From Levilinea sp. (GTDB taxonomy: Bacteria; Chloroflexota; Anaerolineae; Anaerolineales; Anaerolineaceae): a DNA stretch of 64,000 nucleotides. Made by a program: the position numbers and the translations under genes. The stretch lies in contig JARKPO010000064.1 of assembly GCA_029975215.1 (NCBI GenBank), positions 11,536-75,535 on the forward strand, written 5' to 3'. Below the pieces are notes generated by a model. That model made no database searches. It was given only the letters and a program-made list of their open reading frames with translations, and was not told the origin of the DNA. Position 1 is the stretch's first letter. Each line of letters starts with the position of its first letter. Of the stretch, positions 8,201-17,357 are shown in pieces.

Positions 8201-10264
8201 GGTGGTGGGAGTCTCCGTGCCGCTGGCGTCGCCGCCCCAGCTGGTGAAGGTGTAGCCGTCCGCCGGGCTGGCGCTGAGGGTCACCACCGTGCCCTCGGTG
8301 TATTTGCTGCCGCAGTTGGGGGCGGGGTCCGCCTGCACGCTGCCGCCCAGGGCGGGGTTGGCGCTGGTGCTGAGGGTGTAGCAGGGGGTCCCGGCGGGCA
8401 CAAAGCTGGCGTTAAGGATCAGCAAGCCGCCGTCATCAGCGTAATTAGCCACTTCAATCTGGTAAGGGATTCCGGCGGTGACGTCCAGTTCCACGCGCGA
8501 CTGAAGGTTGGAACCCGAGGTGATGTCATCGTTAAACGCCCGCAGGGTTAAACTGCCGCGGCTGCCCGTCCACACCCCCAGCATGGTGTCATAAAAGCTG
8601 CCCTGGGTGTCCACGGTGAGGGTGCCGTCCTGGCTGGGGGTGTAGCGGAACCACAGGGTCTTGTAGCCCTTCATGCCGTAGGCCAGGATGGGGTCGGCGG
8701 CGGTGGAGGCGGTGTCCACCATCTGGGTGTAGGTGTAAGGGAAACTTTCGATCCGTTCCGGCGAGTCAAAATCATCATTACTGGGAGCGGGGGGCTCCTC
8801 ATAGACGATATAAGCCGCGTCGTAGCCGACGTTGTTCACCCCCCAGCGGATGCGCATGTAGCCGCCCTCGCCCCAACTGGGGCCCCAGGAGTTGCGCAAA
8901 ATCCAGCTTTGGGTGGCGTCTTCCCAGCCCACCAGGACAATGCCGTGGTTGACAGCCACCGGGTTTCCACTGCTGTTGTAGCCGGTGTAGTTGGTGTCGA
9001 ACACACCGTTAGAATAGCCGCCAAAGCCCTCGGCGCACACGCTGGCGCTGATGGGGCCGTACTCATAAATGGCCTGCTTGATCTTTTCAACGGAGGGGAT
9101 TTCCGCGTAGGTGTCAACTTTGTTCCAGTTATATAACCGGTAAGGGTGGTTGTACACCGCACCGCAGGTGCCGTTGGTGGCGGTGTAGGTCTTATCCGAT
9201 TCCAGCACCGCGCCGGGGGGGTTGCTGTTGGCCCCGTAGGTGTCCATGTGATAGTCATGCGCCCACCAGCCGCCGCTGCAGCTCCAGCCGCTCTGATTAC
9301 ACGACACCAGATACTGCTCAGAAAGGTCGGTGGTGAGGTTTTCGTGGATCAGCAGGGCCGATTCCAGCGGCCCGACGGTGCCAAAGGCCCAGCAGCTGCC
9401 GCAGCCGCCCTGGTTGCGCACTTCGGTGACTACCCCCTGGGTGCGCCAATCGAAAGAGGCGGGCAGAGACTGGATGCTGTCGCCGACCTGCGCATTGACC
9501 GAAGGTTTTGCGGCCGGCGCGGTCAGCGGAGGCATGGAAAAATCGGGGGCGGGCAGCGGGCTGGTCAGGTCAAGGGTTTCGGGCAAGGCCGCGGCCTCAA
9601 TCCACAGACGGCGGGTGGCGTTTTGGGCTTCGAAGGAGCGGCGGTACTGCAAGCTCAGCGGGCGGCCGCCAAACCCGGCCGCTTTAATAGACAGGGTACT
9701 GACGGCGGGCGCGCCCAGCGAACCGCTGCGATAAGCGTTCTGCACGGGCTGGCGCAAGGCCCAGCTCGGCTGCGCGCTGGCGCTCAGTTCCCAGGCGTAG
9801 CCGGTGGTGGGGCGGCTTTCCAGAAGCAGGTCCACCCGGCGAACGCTGCCTTCCGGCAGATCCAGGCTCAGGTCAATCGGCCCGCCCAGAAAGTCAAATT
9901 CGCTGCCCAGTTGGGCGTAGAGCAGTTGGCGCAGGGCTTCGAAATCGCTCTGTCCTTCCATGCGCAGGGTGTATTCCCAGCCTTCCGCGGTTTCACGCGG
10001 GCTGCTGACGCTCAGCGAGGCCGCGGAACCGTCCGCGCGCTCGGCGGCCAGATCATAGAGCATCTGGCGGGCGGCTTCGGCCCCGCCGCGTTCCTCGGCT
10101 TCGACCTGCGGGATGGGCAGATCCATCTCCAGCACCCAGGTGGGCAGGGCCGCCTGCGCTGGGCTACCGGCGGGCAGCGGCTGGGCGGATACATTGATAG
10201 TGGAAAACAGCAGGGCAGCCAGGGTCCCCAAGAGGACGGCTTTGTGCAGCAGGGAAGTTTTCAT
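5216..10264 (-). CDS. Secreted multidomain cysteine protease: chagasin(I42)-like + papain C1A + clostripain C11 + repeated beta-sandwich and InlB-B-like domains
   Basis: Signal peptide; RPTTGYAW...YRRSFE (I42-like); QGGCGSCWAF, NHGIVLVGW, WILRNSWG (C1A); WTFMVFLDGDNNLE, LWDHGDGW, LGFDACLM (C11); repeated WYxFTP..G.L.V.T.GS.YDT.L modules. Confidence 0.9.
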   Translation of the reverse strand: MKTSLLHKAVLLGTLAALLFSTINVSAQPLPAGSPAQAALPTWVLEMDLPIPQVEAEERGGAEAARQMLYDLAAERADGSAASLSVSSPRETAEGWEYTLRMEGQSDFEALRQLLYAQLGSEFDFLGGPIDLSLDLPEGSVRRVDLLLESRPTTGYAWELSASAQPSWALRQPVQNAYRSGSLGAPAVSTLSIKAAGFGGRPLSLQYRRSFEAQNATRRLWIEAAALPETLDLTSPLPAPDFSMPPLTAPAAKPSVNAQVGDSIQSLPASFDWRTQGVVTEVRNQGGCGSCWAFGTVGPLESALLIHENLTTDLSEQYLVSCNQSGWSCSGGWWAHDYHMDTYGANSNPPGAVLESDKTYTATNGTCGAVYNHPYRLYNWNKVDTYAEIPSVEKIKQAIYEYGPISASVCAEGFGGYSNGVFDTNYTGYNSSGNPVAVNHGIVLVGWEDATQSWILRNSWGPSWGEGGYMRIRWGVNNVGYDAAYIVYEEPPAPSNDDFDSPERIESFPYTYTQMVDTASTAADPILAYGMKGYKTLWFRYTPSQDGTLTVDTQGSFYDTMLGVWTGSRGSLTLRAFNDDITSGSNLQSRVELDVTAGIPYQIEVANYADDGGLLILNASFVPAGTPCYTLSTSANPALGGSVQADPAPNCGSKYTEGTVVTLSASPADGYTFTSWGGDASGTETPTTVTMNAARTVSAQFTAEPAAPKDWTFMVFLDGDNNLESYAIADFLEMSAVGSNADLNIVVQMDRISGYETNYGNWTDTRRFYVTPSMTPLAANGTSLGEVNMGSPEALTDFISWTVTNYPAEHYAVVLWDHGDGWLQASPEVVLKSILSDSTNGDHLQMPELRQVLSAAAAQIGHPIDLLGFDACLMAMTEVDNQIIPYASVRVGSEKTEPGDGWPYTPILSAIVSNPAITPDALGTQIVESYYASYFNSETQAAVDLGAPYTALNTATHNLAQALITAAPDHAGEILEARLATLEFDPEDFIDLYDFAAQVQAKVTDAAVQNAAQAVQTAVSAAVLHNRAQYAAAHGISVYFPLKETGYADDYDGSAGVLQFTANTAWDEWLHTFYDTPLPAPANDLPANATVFTTLPYTANQLTYGAGGEESGDPNDNTDVSATVWYKFTAYASGSTTVHTSGSDYNTLLTLFRQQDSSLVKIGENNNVSTGDTTSRISFQAAAGSTYYFRIGEAGPDGLGGSLKFSASGPALECYTLTTSVQPLEGGQVQVSPAPNCPIAGKYLKNTTLTLTAVPAEEYRFGGWSGTFNSVSNPFQVTLTSDAAVTATFGLPPDNDTPAGAVILETPGGVQEARFTQTVDFATSDPGDPVYTLSKKPFQGYRTVWYQITPFASGTLKVNTFGSDYDTVLGVWTRTADQWTRVTWNDNRPNQKKNSSVSLTVNPGTTYYVEIAAKSDTAQNLVVNTKFTPRKASNNLIAYGRLVRDSLTGTDFQRSDDVYAATTSLLDPVFPGIGQGQRSVWYRFTPLRNGTLTVSTEGSQYDTLLGVWYGSRSAPQLVAWDDNGGAENTSRLSVDLVGRVTYYIEVAAAPGALGSNLNFQLQFAPAAALGENHYEADLGNLTTLGLWEDGGVLLTSSAPRASAGLNFEGRQIRLAYSRLPLGLGKLRVKVDGVTLTTLNQSSPLVQEDGLVWTSKLLKAGAHTLTLESVSGEVNLDWIEVLP

Positions 10265-10488
10265 GACCCCTCACAAAAAGGTAGGATGATTAAGCTGAAT
10301 GGATCGCGCGCGTTGGGCGCGGGGTGTCTACGGTGGGCGCTGGAAATCTCTGCCCGTTTGTCATTGCATACCGCTGTCAGGCATTCCGACGCGCCTGGTC
10401 TGATATGCGCCTGCCCAGCTAACTTTAATTGTATGCCCGCTGGCAGGGAAGCCAGCATTACAAATCTGCAAATTTCGCAAGCACCGGC

Positions 10489-10518
10489 AAAAAAAGCCGC
10501 GCCGTGGAGGGCGCGGCC
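10489..10518 (-). terminator. Intrinsic terminator after the sigma factor gene
   Basis: Minus strand GCCGCGCC-CTCCAC-GGCGCGGC followed by T7. Confidence 0.85.
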
Positions 10519-10534
10519 TGATTTCATGAGGGGT

Positions 10535-12169
10535 TTAGATCAAATATTCGCGCAGATGCCGGCTTCGCGTGGGGTGGCGCAGCTTACGCAGGGCCTTGGC
10601 CTCAATCTGGCGGATGCGTTCGCGGGTCACGTTGAAATAGCGGCTGACCTCTTCCAGGGTGTGATCCTTGCCGTCAATCAGCCCAAAGCGCAGCTCCAAC
10701 ACCTGGCGCTCGCGCTCCGAAAGGGCCGCTAAGGCGTTCTGCACCTGCTCGCGCAGCATCTCGCGCGCGGCGGCGTCCATGGGTTCCAGGGCGTCGTCAT
10801 CTTCAATGAAATCGCTCAGCTGGCTGCTGTCTTCATCGCCCACGGGGCGCTCCAGCGAAACCGGCTCCTCCGCCGACTGCAAAATGCGCTGCACCTTGGC
10901 GCTGGCCCAGGTGAGGCGGCGCTGCAATTCAGGATCCAGCGGCAGCCCCTCGGCGCGGCAGCGCATGACCTCCGCCGTGTCCGCATCCGAAAGCATACCG
11001 GCCTCCAGGGCCAGCTCTTCCTGGGTGGGTTCGCGCCCCAACCCCTGCACCATCGAGCGCTGTACGCGCAGCAGGCGCGTGATGGCCTCAAAGAGATGCA
11101 CAGGGATGCGGATGGTGCGCGCCTGCTCGGCGATGTAGCGGCTGATGGATTGGCGAATCCACCAGGTGGCGTAGGTGCTGAATTTGAACCCGCGGGTGGG
11201 GTCAAACTTGGTCACCGCGCGCAGCAGCCCCAAATTACCCTCTTGGATCAGATCCAGGAAAGAGATGCCGCGCCCCAGATAGCGCTTGGCGATGCTGACC
11301 ACCAGACGTAAATTGGCGCGGATGAGGGTTTGGTTGGCTTCTTCGGCCCGCCAACGGATTTCTTCCAGGTCAATTTCAATCTGCGATTCGGTGGGCGGGT
11401 TGGCCTTAAAGAAAGCCAAATCCGGCAAACTGCCTTCCTTTTGCAGGTAGTTGAGCAGTTCAGCGGCCTTATAGGTGGGGAACAGGTACAGGTGAATGAA
11501 GACCGCGAAAAGCAGCCGCACCAGGGTTTCCCAGGCAGCATCTTTGCCCCACTGGCCGTTGTCCATAAAATGGCGCAGGTAAGAGGGCGTCTCGCTGTGC
11601 CATTGGCGGCGCAGCATCTGCGCTTCAGACAGCATCAGGCTTAGATCAGGCAGTTCCTGCCGCGACTGGCCCATGGCCTCCTGGGCGGCGTTCCAACTGG
11701 CCAACAGCTCTTCCACCACAGCCATGTACACGCCCAGATAGTGCCCCGCCACGCCCGCTGCGGGCTGCACGCGCTTGCGCAGCACAATGAGCACCTGCTC
11801 GGCCTCAATGCGCGTGGCCAGGCGGAATTCACTGTCGGCATCCAGCAGGTTGATCTGCCCGATCTCTTTTAAATAGAGGCGGACAGGGTCCTCAGACAGT
11901 TCCACCGCCAGGTTGGGGTCTTCCAGGATATTTAAAGGGTCTTCCAACCCCACTTCGGCCCAATCTTCGCTGGTTTGGGCCAGAGACTGCTCATCGGGCT
12001 CTTCTTTTTCCAGAATCTCTTCGTCACCCAGAACAGCTTTTGGCTTGGCGGCGGCTTTTGCGCCGGAGCGCGCTGGGCGGCGAGCCTGACCAGCGGCCGG
12101 CGCTTTTTTGCGCTGGCTGGGCTTCGCAGGGGTAGGGGGAATTTCGGAAGCGGTTCGTTTTCGAGGCAT
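10535..12169 (-). CDS. rpoD: RNA polymerase sigma-70 factor, RpoD/SigA family (dnaG-linked)
   Basis: [66 protein letters not shown]; lies downstream of dnaG. Confidence 0.85.
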   Translation of the reverse strand: MPRKRTASEIPPTPAKPSQRKKAPAAGQARRPARSGAKAAAKPKAVLGDEEILEKEEPDEQSLAQTSEDWAEVGLEDPLNILEDPNLAVELSEDPVRLYLKEIGQINLLDADSEFRLATRIEAEQVLIVLRKRVQPAAGVAGHYLGVYMAVVEELLASWNAAQEAMGQSRQELPDLSLMLSEAQMLRRQWHSETPSYLRHFMDNGQWGKDAAWETLVRLLFAVFIHLYLFPTYKAAELLNYLQKEGSLPDLAFFKANPPTESQIEIDLEEIRWRAEEANQTLIRANLRLVVSIAKRYLGRGISFLDLIQEGNLGLLRAVTKFDPTRGFKFSTYATWWIRQSISRYIAEQARTIRIPVHLFEAITRLLRVQRSMVQGLGREPTQEELALEAGMLSDADTAEVMRCRAEGLPLDPELQRRLTWASAKVQRILQSAEEPVSLERPVGDEDSSQLSDFIEDDDALEPMDAAAREMLREQVQNALAALSERERQVLELRFGLIDGKDHTLEEVSRYFNVTRERIRQIEAKALRKLRHPTRSRHLREYLI

Positions 12170-12432
12170 GGCTTAACTATACCATAACACTTTCAATACT
12201 TTCGCCAATTATATGCTATAGAAATGGATGAAACATGAGGGTGATTCCTGCCTAAGCAGGCCACCTGGTTGAGAAAATCGGATAATAAAAAGTCATCAGG
12301 TTGTTACGGAAGCAATTTTATTGTTTCCCTCACATAGCGATACCCTCGAAAGTGGGCTTTTAGATCAAAGACGATGTATGTTTAATAAAATGAGTCATCG
12401 TAATCGTGACGCGTGAACTGGAGCAAATTGAG

Positions 12433-13176
12433 ATGAAATTCCATGAATTTGGTCTTCAAAACAGAAGAACCGTGATGCTCATCCATGGACTTGCAACGAC
12501 TTGGAAAATGAGTTTCGATAAAGTCATCCCTATACTGGCAGATCACTACCATGTGATTGCAGTTGGGCTCGACGGGCATGATCCGGATGAAGGTACGGAT
12601 TACATCAATGGCGATTTGGAAGCGGTGCAAGTTGAGGCTTATGTTCTAGATCACCTGGGGGGTTACATCGATGTGATCTATGGTTCATCGCTGGGATGTG
12701 TAACAGCTCTCCTGACAGCTTACCGCAGAAATGTCAGCGTAAAGAATATCATCCTGGATGGCACGGTGGATATGTCGCTGGGTATTCTTAATAAACCCGC
12801 GTCAAAAATGGCGGGATGGTTTGGGGAGCAAGTGATCAAAGGGAAGATGAACTGGTTTCTCAAACTGGGCGGCATTACGCCTGAGATGCTAGACAAGCTG
12901 CTATATCCGGGCATTTCGAAAACGACCCTAAAAAACGCTTTCTATGACGGAGCTTCGCTATTCACCCGAGTGAGTCAAATGGAGCCTTACTGGGGCTCCA
13001 GGTTGGCTTGTTGGTATGGCACGCGAGAAAAGCCGGCGGCAAAGGGTGCCAAAAAAATCAGATGCGCGTTTCCCAACGGAGAAGACACCGTTTTTCCAGG
13101 CCTCGGACATGGCGAGATCCTGCTCCATCCTGAACAATTCTGTGAAGCATTGGAGCGCTTTGTGAATAGACCGTAA
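12433..13176 (+). CDS. Alpha/beta hydrolase, lower GC, likely horizontally acquired
   Basis: MLIHGL oxyanion motif, GSSLG nucleophile elbow, C-terminal GHGE. Start may be GTG 12406 or ATG 12433. Visibly AT-richer than flanks. Confidence 0.85.
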   Translation: MKFHEFGLQNRRTVMLIHGLATTWKMSFDKVIPILADHYHVIAVGLDGHDPDEGTDYINGDLEAVQVEAYVLDHLGGYIDVIYGSSLGCVTALLTAYRRNVSVKNIILDGTVDMSLGILNKPASKMAGWFGEQVIKGKMNWFLKLGGITPEMLDKLLYPGISKTTLKNAFYDGASLFTRVSQMEPYWGSRLACWYGTREKPAAKGAKKIRCAFPNGEDTVFPGLGHGEILLHPEQFCEALERFVNRP

Positions 13177-13335
13177 GATATATTCATCGTCCAAATTGAA
13201 GAAAATGTGTAAAAGACAAATTCCAAACCATTTCTAGCCACGAGTGAGTTATGGGGGTTGAGACCACTACCACTCTACCTCAATAATCTATTACATTTGC
13301 CTAACTTTGGCGAAGGTATTGACTTTGCAAAAGAT

Positions 13336-15255
13336 TTAATCGGGCTGGATTGGCTTTTGCAGGGCGCTGTCCAGCAGCTGCCGGGTGCGGTGATACTGCA
13401 CCACGATGGCGTAATAGGTGCGCAGGCTGTCATCGCCCTGCTCTTCCAGATCGCGCTGCATGAGCTGAATTTGATCAATGGCGCTGTTGATGCGCACCAG
13501 GCGCAGGCTGAGCAGGGAGCGGGCCAGATCTTCCAGGCATTCTTCGGCGGTGGGTTCCCCAAAAGGCAGCGGGCGGAGCATCTCCTCCAGGGTCTCTCCC
13601 AGGCTTTCCGGCGCATGCTCGCGCACGTAATGATGGGCATCCATCTGATCCTGCTCCACGCCCTGCAGCAGCAAGCGCGCAAGGGTTTGAAAATCGCCGC
13701 GCTCAAAATCTTCGGGGGTCAAAGGTGGCAGCTTGGAGGCGTGCAGGTGGCGGTTGAGCAGGAAAAGGAGATCGGGCTGGCGCAGCAGCAGGCGCAGGAT
13801 GTGATGTTCCAACTCTTGGGCGCGCAGGGCCGAGGTGGGCAGCAGCACAGGGGCCTGCGGACGGGCGCTTTGGGCCGGAGAGGGCTTGCGCCGGCGGCTG
13901 GAGGGGGCCGGGCGCACAGCGGGCCGCCCGCCCAGCAGCGAACGCTCGTCCACACGCAGCAGGCGCGCCAAACGCTGGCGGTACGCCTCGCGCTCCACCA
14001 TATCGGGCACATCCTCCACCAGGGGCAGCACCTGGGCGGCAATTTCGCTTTTGACTTTGGCGTCGTCCAGGTCGCGGCCGGCGGCCAGGGTATCCATCAC
14101 GTGCACCACGATGGGCTGGGCCGAATCCAGAATGGCCTGCCATTCCGCCGGATTGCGCAGCACCACCTCATCTGGATCCATGCCGGGGGGCAGGCGCGTC
14201 ACGCGCACATCCGCGCTGAGGCGGGCCTCCTGCCGAATCAGGCCGCGTGCATCGAAGACCAGCTCCGTTTCGTGATCCAAAGCCTGGCGGGCAATCTCCA
14301 ACCCGCGCAGGGTGGCTTTTTCTCCGGCGGCGTCGGCGTCCAACGCCAGGACGATGCGGCGGGTGAGGCGTTTGAGCAGGTGCAGTTGGGCCTCGCTCAG
14401 GGCCGTGCCCATAGGGGAGACGGTGTTGCGAAAACCCGCCTGGTGCAGGGCGATCACATCCAGATAACCTTCCACAATCACCGCCTGGTCCTTGATGCGG
14501 ATATCTTTGCGGGCCAGATCAAGGGCGTAGAGCAGGCTGCCCTTGTCAAACAGGGGCGTTTGCGGCGAATTGAGGAACTTGGGGATGTCGTTGGGGTCCA
14601 AGATGCGCGCGCCGAAACCGGCCATGCGCCCGCGTGAATCGCGAATGGGGAAGGTGATGCGGTGGCGGAAACGGTCGTACACCCGGCCCGTGTCGGGCGA
14701 TTCGCTCAGCAGGCCGGCCTGCAGCATCTCGGCCTGGCTGAAGCCCAGGGCCATGAAATGCTGGCGGGCGGCGTCCCAACTGGCCGGGGCGTAGCCCAGC
14801 CCAAAGGTCTGGATGGTCTCGTCGGTCAGCCCGCGCTGATGCAGATACTCCAGGGCGGGGCGGCCGGCATCACTGTGCAGCAGGTGGTGGCTGAAGAAGG
14901 CGGCGGTCTGCTCCAGCAGGTCGCGCAGGCGGTCGTTATGCTCATCCGCGGCTTCGCGTTCGGGGGTGCGCGCTTCCAGGGTGACGCCCGCGCGCTGGGC
15001 CAGATACTCAAGGGCCTGGCTGAAATCCCAGCCCTCTTTCTTCATGACAAATTTAAAGATGTCGCCGCCCTCGTTGCACTGGCCAAAGCAGCGCCAGGTG
15101 CCTGAATCAGGGAAGACCACGAAGGCGGGGGTGCGCGTGTTGGGGTGGAAGGGACAGAAGCCGGTGTAGCTTTTGCCGGACCGGCGCAGTTTCACCGATT
15201 CGGAGACCAGATCCAGAATATCCACCCGCGCTTTGATCTCGTCCACAGCCGTCAT
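13336..15255 (-). CDS. dnaG: DNA primase
   Basis: CPFH..TP..WRCFGQC zinc finger, KFLNSPQT, VEGYLDVI, ALDADAAG TOPRIM motifs. Start MTAVDEIK at 15255. Confidence 0.97.
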   Translation of the reverse strand: MTAVDEIKARVDILDLVSESVKLRRSGKSYTGFCPFHPNTRTPAFVVFPDSGTWRCFGQCNEGGDIFKFVMKKEGWDFSQALEYLAQRAGVTLEARTPEREAADEHNDRLRDLLEQTAAFFSHHLLHSDAGRPALEYLHQRGLTDETIQTFGLGYAPASWDAARQHFMALGFSQAEMLQAGLLSESPDTGRVYDRFRHRITFPIRDSRGRMAGFGARILDPNDIPKFLNSPQTPLFDKGSLLYALDLARKDIRIKDQAVIVEGYLDVIALHQAGFRNTVSPMGTALSEAQLHLLKRLTRRIVLALDADAAGEKATLRGLEIARQALDHETELVFDARGLIRQEARLSADVRVTRLPPGMDPDEVVLRNPAEWQAILDSAQPIVVHVMDTLAAGRDLDDAKVKSEIAAQVLPLVEDVPDMVEREAYRQRLARLLRVDERSLLGGRPAVRPAPSSRRRKPSPAQSARPQAPVLLPTSALRAQELEHHILRLLLRQPDLLFLLNRHLHASKLPPLTPEDFERGDFQTLARLLLQGVEQDQMDAHHYVREHAPESLGETLEEMLRPLPFGEPTAEECLEDLARSLLSLRLVRINSAIDQIQLMQRDLEEQGDDSLRTYYAIVVQYHRTRQLLDSALQKPIQPD

Positions 15256-15286
15256 GCGCAGCGCCCCTCCAGAGAGCACGTTGGGA

Positions 15287-15315
15287 ATTATAGACTCGCG
15301 CTGCCGGACATGCAA
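15287..15315 (-). promoter_or_regulatory. sigma-70 promoter for dnaG
   Basis: Minus strand TTGCAT-N17-TATAAT. Confidence 0.7.
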
Positions 15316-15416
15316 GCCCCAAACCGCGCAGCCCATCCCCACAAGCCGTAAGGCTGTCCTCTGGGCAATCTGCAGATCCTCCCCGTAAACAGGGCCAGGC
15401 TGCCCGCCAAAGAGAA

Positions 15417-15445
15417 TTGATCGCACCGCGGGCTTTGTGTACAAT
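15417..15445 (+). promoter_or_regulatory. sigma-70 promoter, probably leaderless transcript
   Basis: TTGATC-N17-TACAAT with ATG 6 nt downstream (15452). Confidence 0.6.
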
Positions 15446-15451
15446 GGTCGT

Positions 15452-16891
15452 ATGCCCAAACCATCTCCCCTCCCAACCCTGTGTCTCTCCCTGGCGGTCT
15501 GCCTGCTGGCGGCGGGCTGCGCACCCAGCGCCCCCTGGCTGGCGGACGCGCCCGCCGTGCCCCCTGCCGAGGCCAGCCCCGCCGCGCAAGCGCAAAACAG
15601 CGAACCCACACAGCCCCAGGAAAGCCCCACCCCGGCCCCCACGGCTGACCCGCAGGCCTGGGTGTGGACGGTGAACGAAGCCGAAATGACCGTCCTGCGC
15701 GTGGACCCCGCCAGCAATCAGGTGGACGGCGTGGTGGAGTTGAACGGCGTTCCCGCGCTGGTGGCGGCAGGCGAGGGCAGCGTTTGGGCGCTGGAACAGG
15801 GCTGGCAGGAGCGCAGCCATGTGGTGCGCATGGATCCCGCCCGCCCGGATGTGGTCGGACGCTTCCCCGTAGCGCAGGGCAGCGCCGTCAGCCTGGCGGT
15901 GGGCCGCGGGGTGGTTTGGGTGGGGGTGGCCGAGCCGCTGACCGGCACGCGCGCTCCCAATGAGCCGGATTACAGCCTGCCGGGTGGTCTGCTGCGCCTG
16001 GACGCCGCCACCGGCCAGGAAATGGGCTATTCGCGGCGCTATTCGGTGCCCATGCAGATTGTGATGGAAGACCCGTTTTTGTGGACTTTGGAATGGTTCA
16101 GCGTGCACACCCAACTGCAGCGCGTGGATTTGACCAACGGTAAGCTCATCACCCTGCCCTCAGCGGTGGATTCGGCCGCGGCAGTGCACCAGTTCGCCCG
16201 CATGGCGCGCAGCCCGCTGGGGCTGTGGGCGCTTTCGATGGATCCGCGCTCGCGCTTCGTTTATGAATTAGACCCCCTCACCGGCCGCGTGGTGCGGCTG
16301 CTGCCGGTGGGCGCGCAGGAAAACGATAACCCCCTCGACTTGCTGGCCGTGGACGGCTCGCTGTGGGTGGTACTGCGCAGCGGGAAACTGGTGCAGCTGG
16401 ACGCCGCCCGCGGGGATCTTCAGCGCACGGTGCAGATCCGCGACGGCATGGAGAGCGTGCAGTACGCGGCGGGTGCGCTGTGGCTGGAGAACCGCACCGA
16501 AGCCGAGCTGTACCGCGTCAACGTGCAGAGCGGCCAGTTGGAGGCAGTCATCTCCACCGGCCCCAAGCAGCCCGCCACCCCCACGCCTCTGCCGCGCGAG
16601 CGGCCTGGGCCGGCCTGCCAACCAGCCAAACCCACCCGCCTGCAGGTGGGCGGACGCGCCGTGGTGAAGGACGAACCGCCCTTGCCCAACCGCGTGCGCT
16701 CCGAACCCAGCCTGGGGTCGAAGATCATCGGGGAGATCGCCCCGGGGGACGGCATGGTGCTGTTGGAAGGGCCGGTGTGCGCGGGGAACTGGCTGTGGTG
16801 GAAAGTACAGGCAGACGGCAGCGGGCTGGTGGGTTGGACTGCGGAAGGGGACGACCAGGAGTATTGGCTGGTTCCGGTGAAGCAGCCCTGA
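15452..16891 (+). CDS. Lipoprotein with beta-propeller-like repeats and a C-terminal SH3-like domain
   Basis: Lipobox LAAGC; Pro/Thr linker; repeated G.LWV/R.DP.TG motifs; RVRSEPSLGSKIIG...EGPVC..WLWWKV..GLVGW SH3b-like tail. Confidence 0.75.
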   Translation: MPKPSPLPTLCLSLAVCLLAAGCAPSAPWLADAPAVPPAEASPAAQAQNSEPTQPQESPTPAPTADPQAWVWTVNEAEMTVLRVDPASNQVDGVVELNGVPALVAAGEGSVWALEQGWQERSHVVRMDPARPDVVGRFPVAQGSAVSLAVGRGVVWVGVAEPLTGTRAPNEPDYSLPGGLLRLDAATGQEMGYSRRYSVPMQIVMEDPFLWTLEWFSVHTQLQRVDLTNGKLITLPSAVDSAAAVHQFARMARSPLGLWALSMDPRSRFVYELDPLTGRVVRLLPVGAQENDNPLDLLAVDGSLWVVLRSGKLVQLDAARGDLQRTVQIRDGMESVQYAAGALWLENRTEAELYRVNVQSGQLEAVISTGPKQPATPTPLPRERPGPACQPAKPTRLQVGGRAVVKDEPPLPNRVRSEPSLGSKIIGEIAPGDGMVLLEGPVCAGNWLWWKVQADGSGLVGWTAEGDDQEYWLVPVKQP

Positions 16892-16909
16892 CAAACGGCA
16901 GAGTGCGGC

Positions 16910-17272
16910 CTAATCCGGGCCGTCTTCCGCGTGCGGCCCGCCCATGGGGCAGCGCGGCTGAATGCGCTGCGGGTCGCAAAACGCCCCAAAGGCCTGGCGC
17001 AAATTTTCCAGCGCATCTGGGTTGGGTGAATAATACACCCAGCGCGCGTCGTTTGCGTCGCGTTCTACCGTCACCAAACCAGCTTCGCGCAGCACCCCTA
17101 GATGATGCGAAACCAAATTGGGGGCAATTTGCAGGGCTTCACCCAGCTCGTGGTTCGACTGTACCCCCTCAATGATTTTTTCCAGCAGAAGCAAACGGTT
17201 TGGCTCACTGATCGCTTTCAATTCGCGGGCAAACTGATTAATTTCCTCTGGAGAAAAAACGGATGATTCCAT
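16910..17272 (-). CDS. ArsR/SmtB family transcriptional regulator
   Basis: LKAISEPNRL...VSHHLGVLREAGLV...RWVYYS. Confidence 0.9.
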   Translation of the reverse strand: MESSVFSPEEINQFARELKAISEPNRLLLLEKIIEGVQSNHELGEALQIAPNLVSHHLGVLREAGLVTVERDANDARWVYYSPNPDALENLRQAFGAFCDPQRIQPRCPMGGPHAEDGPD

Positions 17273-17357
17273 ATGCAGCCCTTGAACGGTGGTCGTTACA
17301 AGGGTTATAGCGCGTTTCAGCGTGTTTCTCTAGTGAGCTTATTAACCCCAAAAGCGG

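Noticed and set aside
5279-8551. 1090-aa plus-strand ORF, and similar long antisense ORFs such as 9146-10732, 13258-14637, 38986-41547 and 55861-57618
   Set aside because: Shadows of well-supported genes on the opposite strand in high-GC DNA; no motifs or RBS.
15256-15717. N-terminal extension of DnaG in the ORF track, and similar extensions on nuoF, nuoB, aor and the capsid gene
   Set aside because: The extensions overlap promoters or neighbouring genes; downstream starts have an RBS or match family N-termini.
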